Source: Firmicutes bacterium UBA5559 (GTDB taxonomy: Bacteria; Bacillota; Clostridia; Peptostreptococcales; Anaerovoracaceae). Taken from it: DNA of 64,000 nt. The notes beneath the pieces were generated by a model. That model saw only the letters and a list, made by a program, of their open reading frames with translations, was not told the DNA's origin and made no database searches. Shown piece by piece: positions 44,333-54,648 of this stretch (position 1 is the stretch's first letter; every line of letters starts with the position of its first letter). Location: positions 46,221 through 110,220 of the forward strand of contig DIMT01000001.1 in assembly GCA_002425705.1 (NCBI GenBank). The letters are read 5' to 3'. The position numbers and the translations under genes are program-made.

Positions 44333-45260
44333 ATCCTTGGATGAAATAGAAGATATCGAACCATCGGTGATTGCCTTCGGAAACTTTGACGGGGTCCACC
44401 TGGGCCACCAGGAAATCATCAAAAAATCAGTGCAGAGCGCAGCGGTTTCCAACCTGAAAAGCAGCGTTTTCACCTTCTCCACCCACCCGAAGAATCTGAT
44501 CACCGGAAAAAACACGGTCAAAAATATCCTCTATCCGGAGGAAAAGGCCGCCATCATAGAAAAATTAGGTGTAGATTACTTTTTTTCTATTCCCTTCGAT
44601 GAGGAAATCATGAACATGGACCCCATGGATTTCATTGATAATCTGTTGGTGGCCCGTCTGAAAATGAAAGAAGCTTATTGCGGCTTCAACTTCCGCTTTG
44701 GTCATAAAGGAAAGGGCAACCCTCAGCTCCTGATTAAGGAAGGGGAACGGTGTGGCTTCGGCCTTCACGTTCTGGCTCCCTATAAGGTGGAGGGAAATCT
44801 GGTTAGCAGCAGCCTGATTCGGAAATTGATAGCAGAAGGCCAGGTGGACGAATGTGCCAAATACCTGGGTCGTTATTACTCCATCGGCGGCGAAGTCCAG
44901 GTTGGCAACCGGATCGGCCGGACCATCGGATTCCCCACCTCTAATATCCACGTGGATGAGACCATGGTGAGCCCGGCTAACGGAGTGTATGTTACCAACT
45001 GCATCTACAATGGAGTCCGATATCCCAGCATTACCAATGCAGGGGTCAAACCCACCATTGGCCATTATGGAAAAAATGTGGAAACCCACATCTTCAATTT
45101 TGATAAAGAGCTGTATGGCAAGACCATCCGGGTGGAGTTCCTGAAAAAGATCCGGGATGAGGTCAAATTCCACGATGTGGATGCCCTGAAGGAGCAGATT
45201 CGCAAGGATTGCATCTATGCCAGAGAATATCATATTCTCCAGGGTGGCCTGAAGAAATAG
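44319..45260 (+). CDS. ribF: Bifunctional riboflavin kinase / FAD synthetase
   Basis: ATG 44319 follows GGGGG and overlaps the truB end. FGNFDGVHLGHQ, GxRIGRTIGFPTSN, and ETHIFNFDKELYG are present. Confidence 0.95.
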   Translation: MRIFKSLDEIEDIEPSVIAFGNFDGVHLGHQEIIKKSVQSAAVSNLKSSVFTFSTHPKNLITGKNTVKNILYPEEKAAIIEKLGVDYFFSIPFDEEIMNMDPMDFIDNLLVARLKMKEAYCGFNFRFGHKGKGNPQLLIKEGERCGFGLHVLAPYKVEGNLVSSSLIRKLIAEGQVDECAKYLGRYYSIGGEVQVGNRIGRTIGFPTSNIHVDETMVSPANGVYVTNCIYNGVRYPSITNAGVKPTIGHYGKNVETHIFNFDKELYGKTIRVEFLKKIRDEVKFHDVDALKEQIRKDCIYAREYHILQGGLKK

Positions 45261-45289
45261 TGGACAAAATACAGGACTTGTGGTAGTAT
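45261..45289 (+). promoter_or_regulatory. SigA-type promoter upstream of rpsO
   Basis: TGGACA, 17 nt spacer, TAGTAT, with TGn at the extended -10 position. Confidence 0.5.
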
Positions 45290-45379
45290 AAGTTGTTAAA
45301 TTAATTATACCTGTCACTGAGTATGTTGAGACTCCGACAAATACCCGGGACAGGTGGATGAATGAAAAGGAGAATACCC

Positions 45380-45646
45380 ATGATTACACAGGAAAAGAAA
45401 ACGGAAATTATCAAGCAGTACCAGCTGAAAGAAGGAGATACCGGATCTCCCGAGGTTCAGGTAGCCATTCTGACTTTCAGAATCAATGACCTGAATGAGC
45501 ACTTAAAGATTCACAAGAAAGATCATCACTCCAGAAGAGGTCTGCTGAAGATGGTCGGTCAGAGAAGAAACCTTCTTAATTACCTAAAAAATAAGGATAT
45601 CGACAGATACAGAAATCTTATTGCAGACTTAGGATTAAGAAAGTAA
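45380..45646 (+). CDS. rpsO: 30S ribosomal protein S15
   Basis: 88 aa with [40 protein letters not shown]. Confidence 0.97.
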   Translation: MITQEKKTEIIKQYQLKEGDTGSPEVQVAILTFRINDLNEHLKIHKKDHHSRRGLLKMVGQRRNLLNYLKNKDIDRYRNLIADLGLRK

Positions 45647-45660
45647 TACTAAGAAATTCA

Positions 45661-45690
45661 AGCGGGGGATTTTCACCCCGCTTTTATTTA
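45661..45690 (+). terminator. Rho-independent terminator after rpsO
   Basis: AGCGGGG...CCCCGCT stem followed by TTTATTTAT. Confidence 0.8.
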
Positions 45691-45738
45691 TATTTTTATT
45701 GAAGAAGAGAAAGAAAAATTAACAGGAGGTAGTTGTTA

Positions 45739-47838
45739 ATGAGATTCGAAGATTACAGAACGTTCCGCACCGCCGTGGGAGGCAGACTCCTTCAGCTGGA
45801 AATCGGAAAGGTGTGCGAGATGGCCAACGGCCAGGTCATGGTCAAGTACGGCGATACCGTCGTCAACGTCACGGCCACTGCATCCGCTCAGCCAAGACAG
45901 GATATTGATTTTTTCCCGCTGAGCGTGGACTATGAGGAAAGAATGTATGCTGCCGGTAAGATTCCGGGAGGTTTTATAAAAAGAGAAGGACGGCCCAGCG
46001 AAAAGGCGATTCTTAGCTCTCGTCTGATCGACCGGCCCATCCGGCCCCTGTTCCCCAAAGGATATTACAACGATGTTCAGGTAGTGGCCACCGTTATGTG
46101 CGTGGATCCGGACTGTGCGCCGGAAATCGCCGCTATGATCGGTTCTTCCGTTGCCCTGTCCATCTCCGACATCCCCTTTGACGGACCCACCGCTTCCGTG
46201 CTGGTAGGCTTGGTTGACGGCCAGTTCGTGGTCAATCCCACCCTGGCTCAGCGGGAGGTCAGCGACCTGCACCTGGTGGTATCCGGAACCAAGGAAGCCA
46301 TCATGATGGTAGAAGCCGGCGCCAACGAGATCAAAGAAGACGTGATGCTGGAAGCCATTATGTTTGCCCATGAGGAAATCAAATCCCTGATTGAATTCAT
46401 CGATGAAATCATCAAGGAAGTGGGCAAGCCTAAGACAGAAGTTACGCTTTACAAGGTATCCGACGAAATTGACCAGGCTGTCCGGGATTATGCAACGGAC
46501 AAGATGAGAGCAGCCATCCAGACCTACGACAAGATGGAACGGCTGGAAAACATGGACAAGGTTGAAGTGGAAGTCAAAGCCTATTTCGCAGAGATTTTCC
46601 CGGATAATAAAAAAGACATCGCCGCCGTATTATACAGCATAACCAAAGAGCAGGTCAGAAGCCTGATTCTGGATGACGGCATCCGTCCGGACAATCGTAA
46701 GTCCGACGAAATCCGGCCCATCTGGTGTGAAACCGGCGTCCTGCCCAGAGCCCACGGAACCGGCCTGTTCAAGCGTGGACAGACTCAGGTCCTTTCCGTC
46801 ACCACTCTGGCGCCCGTTGGCGAATCCCAGACCATCGACGGCATCGGCGAAGAAGTCAGCAAGCGATATATGCACCACTATAACTTCCCTCCCTATTCCG
46901 TAGGAGAAGCAAGACCTATGAGAAGCCCGGGACGTCGGGAAATCGGTCACGGAGCCCTGGCTGAAAGAGCCCTGATTCCCGTACTGCCCAGCGTGGAAGA
47001 ATTCCCCTATGCCATTCGTGTGGTTTCTGAAGTCCTTTCCTCCAATGGAAGTACCTCTCAGGCCTCTGTCTGCGGAAGCACCATGTCCCTGATGGACGCC
47101 GGTGTACCCATCAAGGCACCGGTAGCCGGTATCGCCATGGGTCTGATCGAACGGGTTGAGCCGGACGGCAGCAGCAAGATCTCCATCCTGTCCGACATTC
47201 AGGGTATGGAAGACTTCTTAGGCGACATGGACTTTAAGGTAGCCGGAACCAAGGAAGGCATCACCGCCATCCAGATGGATATCAAGGTTCACGGCCTTTC
47301 CAGAAAGATCCTGGAAGACGCTCTGGCCCAGGCCCACGAAGGCCGAATCCACATCATGAATCAGATGCTGGATGAAATCGCTGAGCCTCGTCCGGAACTG
47401 TCCTCCTACGCTCCGAGAATCATCACCATGATGATCGATCCGGACAAGATCCGTACCGTCATTGGACCGGGAGGCAAAACTATCAATAGGATCATCGCTG
47501 AAACCGGCGTCAAGATCGACATCGAAGACAGCGGCCTGATCTACATCGCATCCCCCGACATGGAATCGGCTCAGAAGGGCGTAAAAGCCATCGAAGATCT
47601 GGTTCGGGACGTTGAAGTCGGCGAAACCTACGACGGAACCGTAACCCGGCTCATGTCCTTCGGTGCCTTCATCGAGATCCTGCCGGGTAAGGAAGGCCTG
47701 CTCCACATCTCCAAGATGGCCAAGCACCGGGTAGAAAAAGTCGAAGACGAAATGAACGTCGGCGACAAGGTCCGGGTCAAGGTCACCGAGATCGACAGCC
47801 AGAACCGAATCAACCTGTCCAGGAAGGACATGGAGTAA
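45739..47838 (+). CDS. pnp: Polyribonucleotide nucleotidyltransferase (PNPase)
   Basis: ATG 45739 lies 9 nt after AGGAGG. It has two RNase PH domains ([42 protein letters not shown]), a KH domain (IGPGGKTI), and an S1 domain ([15 protein letters not shown]). Confidence 0.97.
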   Translation: MRFEDYRTFRTAVGGRLLQLEIGKVCEMANGQVMVKYGDTVVNVTATASAQPRQDIDFFPLSVDYEERMYAAGKIPGGFIKREGRPSEKAILSSRLIDRPIRPLFPKGYYNDVQVVATVMCVDPDCAPEIAAMIGSSVALSISDIPFDGPTASVLVGLVDGQFVVNPTLAQREVSDLHLVVSGTKEAIMMVEAGANEIKEDVMLEAIMFAHEEIKSLIEFIDEIIKEVGKPKTEVTLYKVSDEIDQAVRDYATDKMRAAIQTYDKMERLENMDKVEVEVKAYFAEIFPDNKKDIAAVLYSITKEQVRSLILDDGIRPDNRKSDEIRPIWCETGVLPRAHGTGLFKRGQTQVLSVTTLAPVGESQTIDGIGEEVSKRYMHHYNFPPYSVGEARPMRSPGRREIGHGALAERALIPVLPSVEEFPYAIRVVSEVLSSNGSTSQASVCGSTMSLMDAGVPIKAPVAGIAMGLIERVEPDGSSKISILSDIQGMEDFLGDMDFKVAGTKEGITAIQMDIKVHGLSRKILEDALAQAHEGRIHIMNQMLDEIAEPRPELSSYAPRIITMMIDPDKIRTVIGPGGKTINRIIAETGVKIDIEDSGLIYIASPDMESAQKGVKAIEDLVRDVEVGETYDGTVTRLMSFGAFIEILPGKEGLLHISKMAKHRVEKVEDEMNVGDKVRVKVTEIDSQNRINLSRKDME

Positions 47839-47984
47839 CCAACTTTAAGAACAGTTCTGCCAGTTGGTTTGCTTATAAATAACTCTATAAATACAAACCC
47901 CAGTAATTCCAAGGGTTTCCCGGATTTGCTGGGGATTTTTTGTGTCTAAAACCTGTCAACTGGCAGAACTGTTCTTAAAGTTGG
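47839..47984. repeat. 146-bp element bounded by a perfect 28-bp inverted repeat, enclosing the pnp/MFS bidirectional terminator
   Basis: Arm 1 CCAACTTTAAGAACAGTTCTGCCAGTTG (47839-66) is the exact reverse complement of arm 2 (47957-84). The inner hairpin CCCCAG...CTGGGG has T-runs on both strands. Arm 2 supplies the last codons and stop of the MFS gene. Confidence 0.85.
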
Positions 47985-49138
47985 TATTTTTTAAGGGCGG
48001 TCAGGGCGGCCAGGCAGAAGAGGGCCAGCAGGATGTAGGAGATCCGGATGCCGAACCAGGCAGCGGAAAAGCTCATCAGGATGGGGAAGACGGCGCCGCC
48101 GATGCCGGAGGCTACGTTCAGTAAGCCGGTGGTCGCACCGGAGTTCTCGGGGGATTCTTCCGTACCCAGGCCGATGAGAGTGGGCCAGATGGGTCCCAGA
48201 GTGAAGCCTAACAAGAGGCAGCAGACCAGTGCGAACCAGGGATTGGGGGAGAAGGATAAGGCCGTGAACAAAACGGCGTTGATTAAAAATAATGCGGGAA
48301 CCAACTTTCTTCGGAACCGGTAGAGTATTCCGGTGGCGATTCTGGCGGGAATCATGGCAATCCAGATACCGGAAATGGCAAAAGCCGTCAGGTGGTCCGT
48401 CTGAAAAATATCAGAAAACAGAAGAGCCATAAAGAAGGCCAGTCCGCTTTCCACCCCCACATAGATAAAGATGGCGATTACCAGATAACTGATCCGGGTG
48501 CTACGGATCAGGGCTCGGTACCCCATGGGTTTGTGCTCCGGCAGCTTCTCCACCATGGGGAAGTGGGTGAACATCAGCGGGATGATCAAGAGAAGGTATC
48601 CGCAGGCAGCGACAATGAAAATGAATTTCCAGGTGAAGCCCAGACTGGTGATGGCCCAGGAAGTGACGATAGGGCTGATAACCGCCCCGCTGCTGAAGAA
48701 TACTTGAGCCAGATTGATGTAGCGGCTGGATTTCCCGGGAAATGCATCGGACAAAGCGGAGGAAGAACAGGTCTGAGAAACGCTGTAGCCCATGCCCAGG
48801 ATGAAGACCCCAACGAAAAAGGCATAGAGCTCCGGAATCAGGAGCAGCAGGAAGCAGCCGAAAACGAACAGGGTAATGGCCATAAGGGAAGAATACTTCT
48901 TGGATACCCGATTGATGAAATCCCCGAAGACGATAGGTCCCAAGATGGAACCGCCGTATTGGAGGGACACCAGGATCCCCATGGTTTCCGTGCTGAGGTT
49001 ATAGGTATCGGAAATCATCAATAAGGCCAGCTGGAATCCGCCGGATTCAAAGCCCAGAAAAAAGGGCAGGCCGAAGGCCACTGGCAAAATGAGATTTTTT
49101 GTAGTTTTTATCGGAATTCGGGTCAGCGTTTTTTTCAT
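47975..49138 (-). CDS. MFS transporter
   Basis: 387 aa with about 12 hydrophobic spans and Gly-rich MFS-like loops. Substrate unknown. Confidence 0.75.
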   Translation of the reverse strand: MKKTLTRIPIKTTKNLILPVAFGLPFFLGFESGGFQLALLMISDTYNLSTETMGILVSLQYGGSILGPIVFGDFINRVSKKYSSLMAITLFVFGCFLLLLIPELYAFFVGVFILGMGYSVSQTCSSSALSDAFPGKSSRYINLAQVFFSSGAVISPIVTSWAITSLGFTWKFIFIVAACGYLLLIIPLMFTHFPMVEKLPEHKPMGYRALIRSTRISYLVIAIFIYVGVESGLAFFMALLFSDIFQTDHLTAFAISGIWIAMIPARIATGILYRFRRKLVPALFLINAVLFTALSFSPNPWFALVCCLLLGFTLGPIWPTLIGLGTEESPENSGATTGLLNVASGIGGAVFPILMSFSAAWFGIRISYILLALFCLAALTALKKYQL

Positions 49139-49277
49139 TTTTTGCTTCCTTTTGTTGAAAAATCGGGGACAACTCTTTCTATTATCCGATGGAGAGGGGT
49201 AAAAGTCAACGGGAAGCAGTTGATATTGGATAAAATATAATTAATTTGCATAAATATACTTATTTTTCGTATAAATC

Positions 49278-49305
49278 TTGACAAATATTAATGAGTATGT
49301 ATAAT
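49278..49305 (+). promoter_or_regulatory. SigA-type promoter of the argCJBD operon
   Basis: TTGACA (49278-83), 16 nt spacer, TATAAT (49300-05), within an AT-rich region. Confidence 0.7.
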
Positions 49306-49347
49306 TATAGAATATATTACACATTCGACAAGGGAAAGGATTTAGCG

Positions 49348-50286
49348 ATGGCAAAGGTGTTTATCGATGGACAGGAAGGGACCACCGGACTGAAAATCGT
49401 GGAGAGATTAATGGACAGACCGGATATGGATATCCTTTTTATCGATCCGGAGAATAGAAAAGATCCGGAGGCCCGGCTGAAGAAAATCAAGGAAGCAGAT
49501 ATTACCTTTCTCTGCCTCCCCGATGCCGCTTCCCGGGAAATTGCCGCTCTGGCCCCCGAAGAATCCCGCATTCTGGATACTTCCACGGCTCATCGTACTC
49601 ATTCGGACTGGGTTTACGGATTCCCGGAACTGGCACCGGATCAGCGCCGGAAGATTCGGGAAAGCAGCCGAGTAGCCGTGCCGGGTTGCCATGCCAGCGG
49701 GTTTATTGCCCTGGTTAAGCCTTTGGTCGAGAGGGGAATCATCAGCGACGAACTGGTTCTCTCCTGTACTTCCCTGACCGGCTACAGCGGCGGCGGGAAA
49801 AAGATGATCGCCGAATACGAGCAGGACACGGACGGTAAGCTCCGGGCTCCCAGAATGTACGGCCTGTCCCAGGAACACAAGCATTTGCCGGAAATGATGA
49901 GCATCTGCGGTCTGAAAAAAGCCCCGCTTTTTTTCCCCGTTGTGAGCAGCTATTATTCGGGGATGGTGACCACCATTTCAATGTCAGGGCAAGCCTCAAG
50001 GGTTGCCATTAATCCGGAAATATTAAAAGAAATCTATAGAGAATTCTACCCGGGACAGCCCATGATTCGGCTAATCGAAAATCTGCCGGAGCAGGAAGGG
50101 GCTATGATGGCCGGAGACCGGCTTTCCGGGCGGGACGATATGGAAATCCTGGTAACAGGGAATCCAGACAGAATGGCCATCAGTGCCAGCTTTGACAATC
50201 TTGGAAAAGGAGCCTCCGGAGCCGCCATTCAATGCATGAACATCATGCTGGGGCTGGAAGAGACTCTTGGTTTAGTGAAAGGATGA
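49348..50286 (+). CDS. argC: N-acetyl-gamma-glutamyl-phosphate reductase (short type)
   Basis: MAKVFIDGQEGTTGLKI, VAVPGCHASG (catalytic Cys), and SGGGKK. Confidence 0.92.
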   Translation: MAKVFIDGQEGTTGLKIVERLMDRPDMDILFIDPENRKDPEARLKKIKEADITFLCLPDAASREIAALAPEESRILDTSTAHRTHSDWVYGFPELAPDQRRKIRESSRVAVPGCHASGFIALVKPLVERGIISDELVLSCTSLTGYSGGGKKMIAEYEQDTDGKLRAPRMYGLSQEHKHLPEMMSICGLKKAPLFFPVVSSYYSGMVTTISMSGQASRVAINPEILKEIYREFYPGQPMIRLIENLPEQEGAMMAGDRLSGRDDMEILVTGNPDRMAISASFDNLGKGASGAAIQCMNIMLGLEETLGLVKG

Positions 50287-50290
50287 CATC

Positions 50291-51538
50291 ATGGATACAA
50301 TTGCAAATATGAAGACGAATAAAATAACAAAGGTAAAAGGCGGAATTTGTGCACCGGTTGGCTTTCAGGCAGCCGGCATCCACTGCGGAATCCGAAAGAA
50401 TAAAAAGAAAAAGGACCTGGCCCTGATCGTCAGCGACCAGATGTGCCAGGTGGCAGCGGTTTATACCACCAATAAAATCAAAGGGGCTCCCATCTATGTC
50501 ACCAAAGAGCACATCCAGGACGGGACGGCAAAAGCCATCATCTGCAACAGCGGAAATGCCAATACCTGTGCACCCAACGGCATCGAAGTGGCAGAGGCCA
50601 CCTGCAAGCTGACGGCGGACGCCCTGGGTCTGAAAGCTTCCGACATCATCGTCAGTTCCACCGGCGTCATCGGAGAAGAACTGTTTCTGGAACCATTTCA
50701 GGAAGGAATCCCAAAACTGGCAGCCGAACTTAGTTACGAAGGATCCGATTCGGCGGCAAAAGCCATCATGACTACGGATACAGTAAAAAAAGAGCTGGCC
50801 CTGGAGTTCTCCCTGGGAGGGAAAACCTGCCGAATGGGCGGAATCGCCAAGGGCAGTGGGATGATCAATCCCAACATGGCCACCATGCTCTGTTTCCTCA
50901 CCACCGACGTGGCCATCAGCCATGAAATGCTGCAAAAGGCCCTGTCGGAAGATATTCAGGACACCTTCAACCAGATCAGCATCGACGGAGACACCTCCAC
51001 CAATGATACGGTAGCCATCCTGGCCAACGGCATGGCAGGCAATCCCATAATTACCCAGGAGGGAGAAGACTATCAGATCTTTTGCAAGGCCCTCAATGAA
51101 ATGAACCATCAGCTCTCCAAGAACATCGCCCGGGATGGTGAAGGAGCCACCAAGCTCATCGAATGCATCGTCAAAGGAGCGCCGGATAAGGAAACGGCAA
51201 GGATCATCTCCAAAGCCGTCATTGAGTCCAACCTGCTGAAAGCCGCCATGTTTGGGGAAGACGGCAACTGGGGACGAATCCTCTGTGCCATGGGCTACGC
51301 CAAAACCGACTTTGACATCGGCAAAACGGAGCTATTCATCGAATCCATGCTGGGAAGCGCCCAGGTCTGCAAGGATGCTACCTACTTCAAGCACAGCGAC
51401 AAGAAGGTGAGCCATATCCTGTCAGCGGCGGAGGTCAAACTGGTCATCGATATTCACCAGGGGGATGCGGAGGCTACTGCCTATGGGTGTGACCTGACCT
51501 ACGACTATGTTAAAATCAACGGATCCTATCGTTCATAA
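50291..51538 (+). CDS. argJ: Bifunctional ornithine acetyltransferase / N-acetylglutamate synthase
   Basis: GFQAAGIHCGIRK, the autoprocessing site MATMLCFLTTD, and DGDTSTNDT. Confidence 0.95.
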   Translation: MDTIANMKTNKITKVKGGICAPVGFQAAGIHCGIRKNKKKKDLALIVSDQMCQVAAVYTTNKIKGAPIYVTKEHIQDGTAKAIICNSGNANTCAPNGIEVAEATCKLTADALGLKASDIIVSSTGVIGEELFLEPFQEGIPKLAAELSYEGSDSAAKAIMTTDTVKKELALEFSLGGKTCRMGGIAKGSGMINPNMATMLCFLTTDVAISHEMLQKALSEDIQDTFNQISIDGDTSTNDTVAILANGMAGNPIITQEGEDYQIFCKALNEMNHQLSKNIARDGEGATKLIECIVKGAPDKETARIISKAVIESNLLKAAMFGEDGNWGRILCAMGYAKTDFDIGKTELFIESMLGSAQVCKDATYFKHSDKKVSHILSAAEVKLVIDIHQGDAEATAYGCDLTYDYVKINGSYRS

Positions 51539-51551
51539 AGGAGATTCATTC

Positions 51552-52415
51552 ATGAAAATCGGCAAGGACATCAGTGCCCAGATATTAATCGAAGCCCTGC
51601 CCTATATTCAGAAATTCAATAACAAAATCATCGTCATCAAATACGGGGGCAACGCCATGGTCGATGAGCGGCTTAAAATGGCTGTAATGCGGGATATGGT
51701 CCTGCTCAACATCGTCGGCATCAAAGTGGTCCTGGTCCACGGAGGCGGCCCGGAAATCGATCAGATGATGAAAAAGCTTTCCCTGGAGTCCCGGTTCATC
51801 AACGGCCTAAGATACACCGACGATGATACCGCTGAAGTGGTCCAGATGGTCTTGGCCGGCAAGGTCAATAAACAGCTGGTTTCCCTGATCCAACAAAACG
51901 GCGGTAAGGGAATCGGACTCTGCGGCACCGACGGGGACATCCTTCAGGTGCAAAAACTGGAAGCGGAGGAAGATCTGGGATTTGTGGGCAACATTACGGG
52001 AGTCAACACCCAGCCCATCACCATGGCCCTGGATAACGGCTATATTCCCATCATTGCCACCGTGGGAACCGATGAAAAGGGTCAGATCTACAACATTAAC
52101 GCCGACACCGCCGCTGCTGAGATCGCCGGGGCCCTGAAGGCGGAAAAACTGATCACCATGACGGACATCGTGGGATTGCTTCGGGAAAAGAGCGACGAAG
52201 AATCCCTCATCACCAACGTGGACATCTTTGAGATCCCCCAGCTGATCGAAGAAGGCATCATCATGGGAGGCATGATTCCCAAGGTGGAAAGCTGTGTGGA
52301 AGCCATCCTTCAGGGGGTCCGGGAAGCGGTCATCATCGACGGCCGTATGGAACACGCCATACTCATCGAGCTGTTTTCCAATGAAGGAATCGGCACCCTA
52401 TTCTATAAAAACTAA
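51552..52415 (+). CDS. argB: Acetylglutamate kinase
   Basis: ATG 51552 follows AAAGGAG. ALPYIQKFNNKIIVIKYGGNAM, LVHGGGPEI, and INADTAAAEIA are present. Confidence 0.95.
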   Translation: MKIGKDISAQILIEALPYIQKFNNKIIVIKYGGNAMVDERLKMAVMRDMVLLNIVGIKVVLVHGGGPEIDQMMKKLSLESRFINGLRYTDDDTAEVVQMVLAGKVNKQLVSLIQQNGGKGIGLCGTDGDILQVQKLEAEEDLGFVGNITGVNTQPITMALDNGYIPIIATVGTDEKGQIYNINADTAAAEIAGALKAEKLITMTDIVGLLREKSDEESLITNVDIFEIPQLIEEGIIMGGMIPKVESCVEAILQGVREAVIIDGRMEHAILIELFSNEGIGTLFYKN

Positions 52416-52468
52416 TTCTATAAAAACTAATGCATCATAAAAAACGGACAGCAGAGAAAGGAAGAACC

Positions 52469-53644
52469 ATGGACTGCCAGACATTAAAAGAACTGGATGC
52501 CCGGTACATTGCCGGCACCTACAAGCGGAGCGACCTTTGCCTGGAACGGGGAGAGGGGGCTACCGGATATACTTTTGAAGGCCGGGAGGTGATTGATTTT
52601 TCTTCCGGGATCGGGGTCAATTCCCTGGGGTATTCCGAGCCGGGATGGGTGGCTGCTATCACCCGCCAGGCGGTGAAACTTCAGCACACCTCCAACTTGT
52701 ATTACACCCAGCCAGCGGTGGAGCTGGCGGAGCTTCTGATTGAAAAAACCGGCATGAGCAAGGTCTTTTTTGCCAATTCCGGGGCGGAAGCCAACGAAGG
52801 AGCCATCAAAACTGCCCGAAAATACAGCAGCGACAAATACGGAGAGGGTCGTCACGGCATCCTATCCCTGCTCCATTCCTTCCACGGTCGTACCATGGCT
52901 ACCATCACCGCCACGGGGCAGGAACAATACCACAAGCATTTCCATCCCTTTGCCCAGGGCTTTGTCTACGGGGAAGCGGGGAATATGGAAGACATCAAGC
53001 CGAAGCTGACCAAGAACATCTGCGCCGTCCTCATCGAACTGATTCAGGGAGAAGGGGGCGTCAATACGCTGGATAAAGCCTTTGTTCAGGAACTGGCCGC
53101 CATCTGCCTGAAGAAGGACATCCTGCTGATTGTGGATGAGGTCCAGACGGGAATCGGCAGGACCGGAACCTTTTTCGCCTACCAGCAGTACGGAATCCAG
53201 CCGGACCTGGTCACATCCGCAAAAGGATTGGGGGGAGGCCTACCCATCGGGGCCATTCTTTTCTCAGAAAAAACAGCAGAAGTACTGGGATTCGGGGATC
53301 ATGGAACCACCTTTGGCGGGAATCCGGTAGTTTGCGCCGGGGGAGCCTACATCGTCAAAACCATGGATGAAGAATTTCTCAGCCAGGTGACAGCCAAGGG
53401 CCATCGGATCCGGGAAGCCCTGAAAGGTGTGCCGGGAATCAAGGAAGTCAGCGGTCTGGGGATGATGCTGGGCTTTCTCCACGAAACCAGAACCGCGTCA
53501 GAAATCGCCGAAGCTTGCTTAAAAGAGGGACTGATCGTCCTGACGGCAAAGGATAAAGTGAGACTGCTTCCTCCCCTGAACATCACCGGCAATGAGCTGG
53601 AAAAGGGCCTTTTCATCCTAAAAAAAGTGTTAATCCAGCAGTGA
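52469..53644 (+). CDS. argD: Acetylornithine aminotransferase
   Basis: Class-III aminotransferase: FFANSGAEANEGAIK, DEVQTGIGRTG, and TSAKGLGGGLPIGA (PLP Lys). Confidence 0.92.
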   Translation: MDCQTLKELDARYIAGTYKRSDLCLERGEGATGYTFEGREVIDFSSGIGVNSLGYSEPGWVAAITRQAVKLQHTSNLYYTQPAVELAELLIEKTGMSKVFFANSGAEANEGAIKTARKYSSDKYGEGRHGILSLLHSFHGRTMATITATGQEQYHKHFHPFAQGFVYGEAGNMEDIKPKLTKNICAVLIELIQGEGGVNTLDKAFVQELAAICLKKDILLIVDEVQTGIGRTGTFFAYQQYGIQPDLVTSAKGLGGGLPIGAILFSEKTAEVLGFGDHGTTFGGNPVVCAGGAYIVKTMDEEFLSQVTAKGHRIREALKGVPGIKEVSGLGMMLGFLHETRTASEIAEACLKEGLIVLTAKDKVRLLPPLNITGNELEKGLFILKKVLIQQ

Positions 53645-53686
53645 CTTATGATATAATAGAACGGTCACTGTAATGAGGGTTAATAC

Positions 53687-54244
53687 ATGGAGGTACGAAA
53701 CCATCTGGATTTGACGGATTTCATCCGCATGCACGATCTGGAATTAAAATTCTATGATAAAAGCCATATAACACCTTACGAAGAAGCGTACAGGTGGTTT
53801 TTGGCGTTTCCCTGGAGCAACTGCTCCATTTATGACGGGGACCGGCTGGCCGGATTCCTGGATTTGTTTCCCGTTTCTCCCATGGTCTATGAGAAAATCC
53901 GGGAAGGAACCTTCAACGATGCGGAACTGAAAGCGGAGGACATCATCGACATCAAAAATCCGCCGGCCCAACCGGTGGGTCTGTTCCTTTCCTGCATCGT
54001 GGTGGATGAAGAATACCGAAAATCAGGGATCCTGAAAAGGCTGCTCCGGCATCAGACGGAATTTTACCGGGGACTGGAAGGCAGCGGTCTGAAGGTAGAC
54101 CGGATCATCACCGACAACGTGACCCGATCCGGGGAACTGTTCTCCGAAAAGATGGGCTTCACCCGCGTTGGGGAGAGCGACCATGATTCGGTGATTTATG
54201 AGATGGATTTTAAGGAATTTGAAATGAAGGTCAACAATTTATGA
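53687..54244 (+). CDS. GNAT-like N-acetyltransferase (putative)
   Basis: 185 aa. VVDEEYRKSGILKRLLRH and GFTRVGE resemble GNAT motif A/B. Substrate unknown. Confidence 0.5.
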   Translation: MEVRNHLDLTDFIRMHDLELKFYDKSHITPYEEAYRWFLAFPWSNCSIYDGDRLAGFLDLFPVSPMVYEKIREGTFNDAELKAEDIIDIKNPPAQPVGLFLSCIVVDEEYRKSGILKRLLRHQTEFYRGLEGSGLKVDRIITDNVTRSGELFSEKMGFTRVGESDHDSVIYEMDFKEFEMKVNNL

Positions 54245-54588
54245 TCGGTGCCGTAAAAGTAAAGGAAATCAATCTGGAGCGGGGAAATCCCACCGTGGAA
54301 ACCGCCATGAAGCGGCTGGTCAACGAGCTTTCCACTGCCAAGGGAGCCGGATACCGGGCTGTCGTTCTGGTCCACGGGTATGGATCCTCCGGAGTAGGGG
54401 GAGCCATCAAGACCGCCACCAGGAGCAAGCTGAAGGAAAACAGTCTGCGGGGCATCGTTCGGGACTCGGTAGGTGGAGAAGACTGGATGAACCGGAAGAA
54501 AGAATTCCTGGCCGTCTGCAGCCAGCTTCGGGATTACGACCGATACGTGGGAGGCAATCAGGGTCTCACAGTGATTTTACTCCGGTAA
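54241..54588 (+). CDS. Smr domain-containing protein
   Basis: 115 aa. The order INLERGNPTVETAMKRLVNEL...AVVLVHGYGSSGV...GGNQGLTVILL matches the Smr domain. It overlaps the upstream gene by 4 nt. Confidence 0.6.
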   Translation: MIGAVKVKEINLERGNPTVETAMKRLVNELSTAKGAGYRAVVLVHGYGSSGVGGAIKTATRSKLKENSLRGIVRDSVGGEDWMNRKKEFLAVCSQLRDYDRYVGGNQGLTVILLR

Positions 54589-54648
54589 GGATGCCGGATT
54601 CCGCAAAAGCTGAATGAACCGATGAAAAAAACGGATAGGAGAGAAAGA

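Noticed and set aside
45290-45379. Hairpin CCTGTC...GACAGG in the rpsO leader as an S15 autoregulatory structure. There are similar small hairpins in the rpsB leader (12460..12580).
   Set aside because: This is plausible from known S15 and S2 autoregulation. I cannot match it to a defined Rfam fold by eye, so I did not call it as a feature.
49139-49347. ARG boxes (ArgR/AhrC operators) in the AT-rich region upstream of argC, for example TTTGCATAAATATACTTA.
   Set aside because: The best match has about 3 mismatches to TNTGAATWWWWATTCANW, and I could not find a convincing tandem pair. The background is so AT-rich that chance matches are likely. A position-weight-matrix scan is needed.
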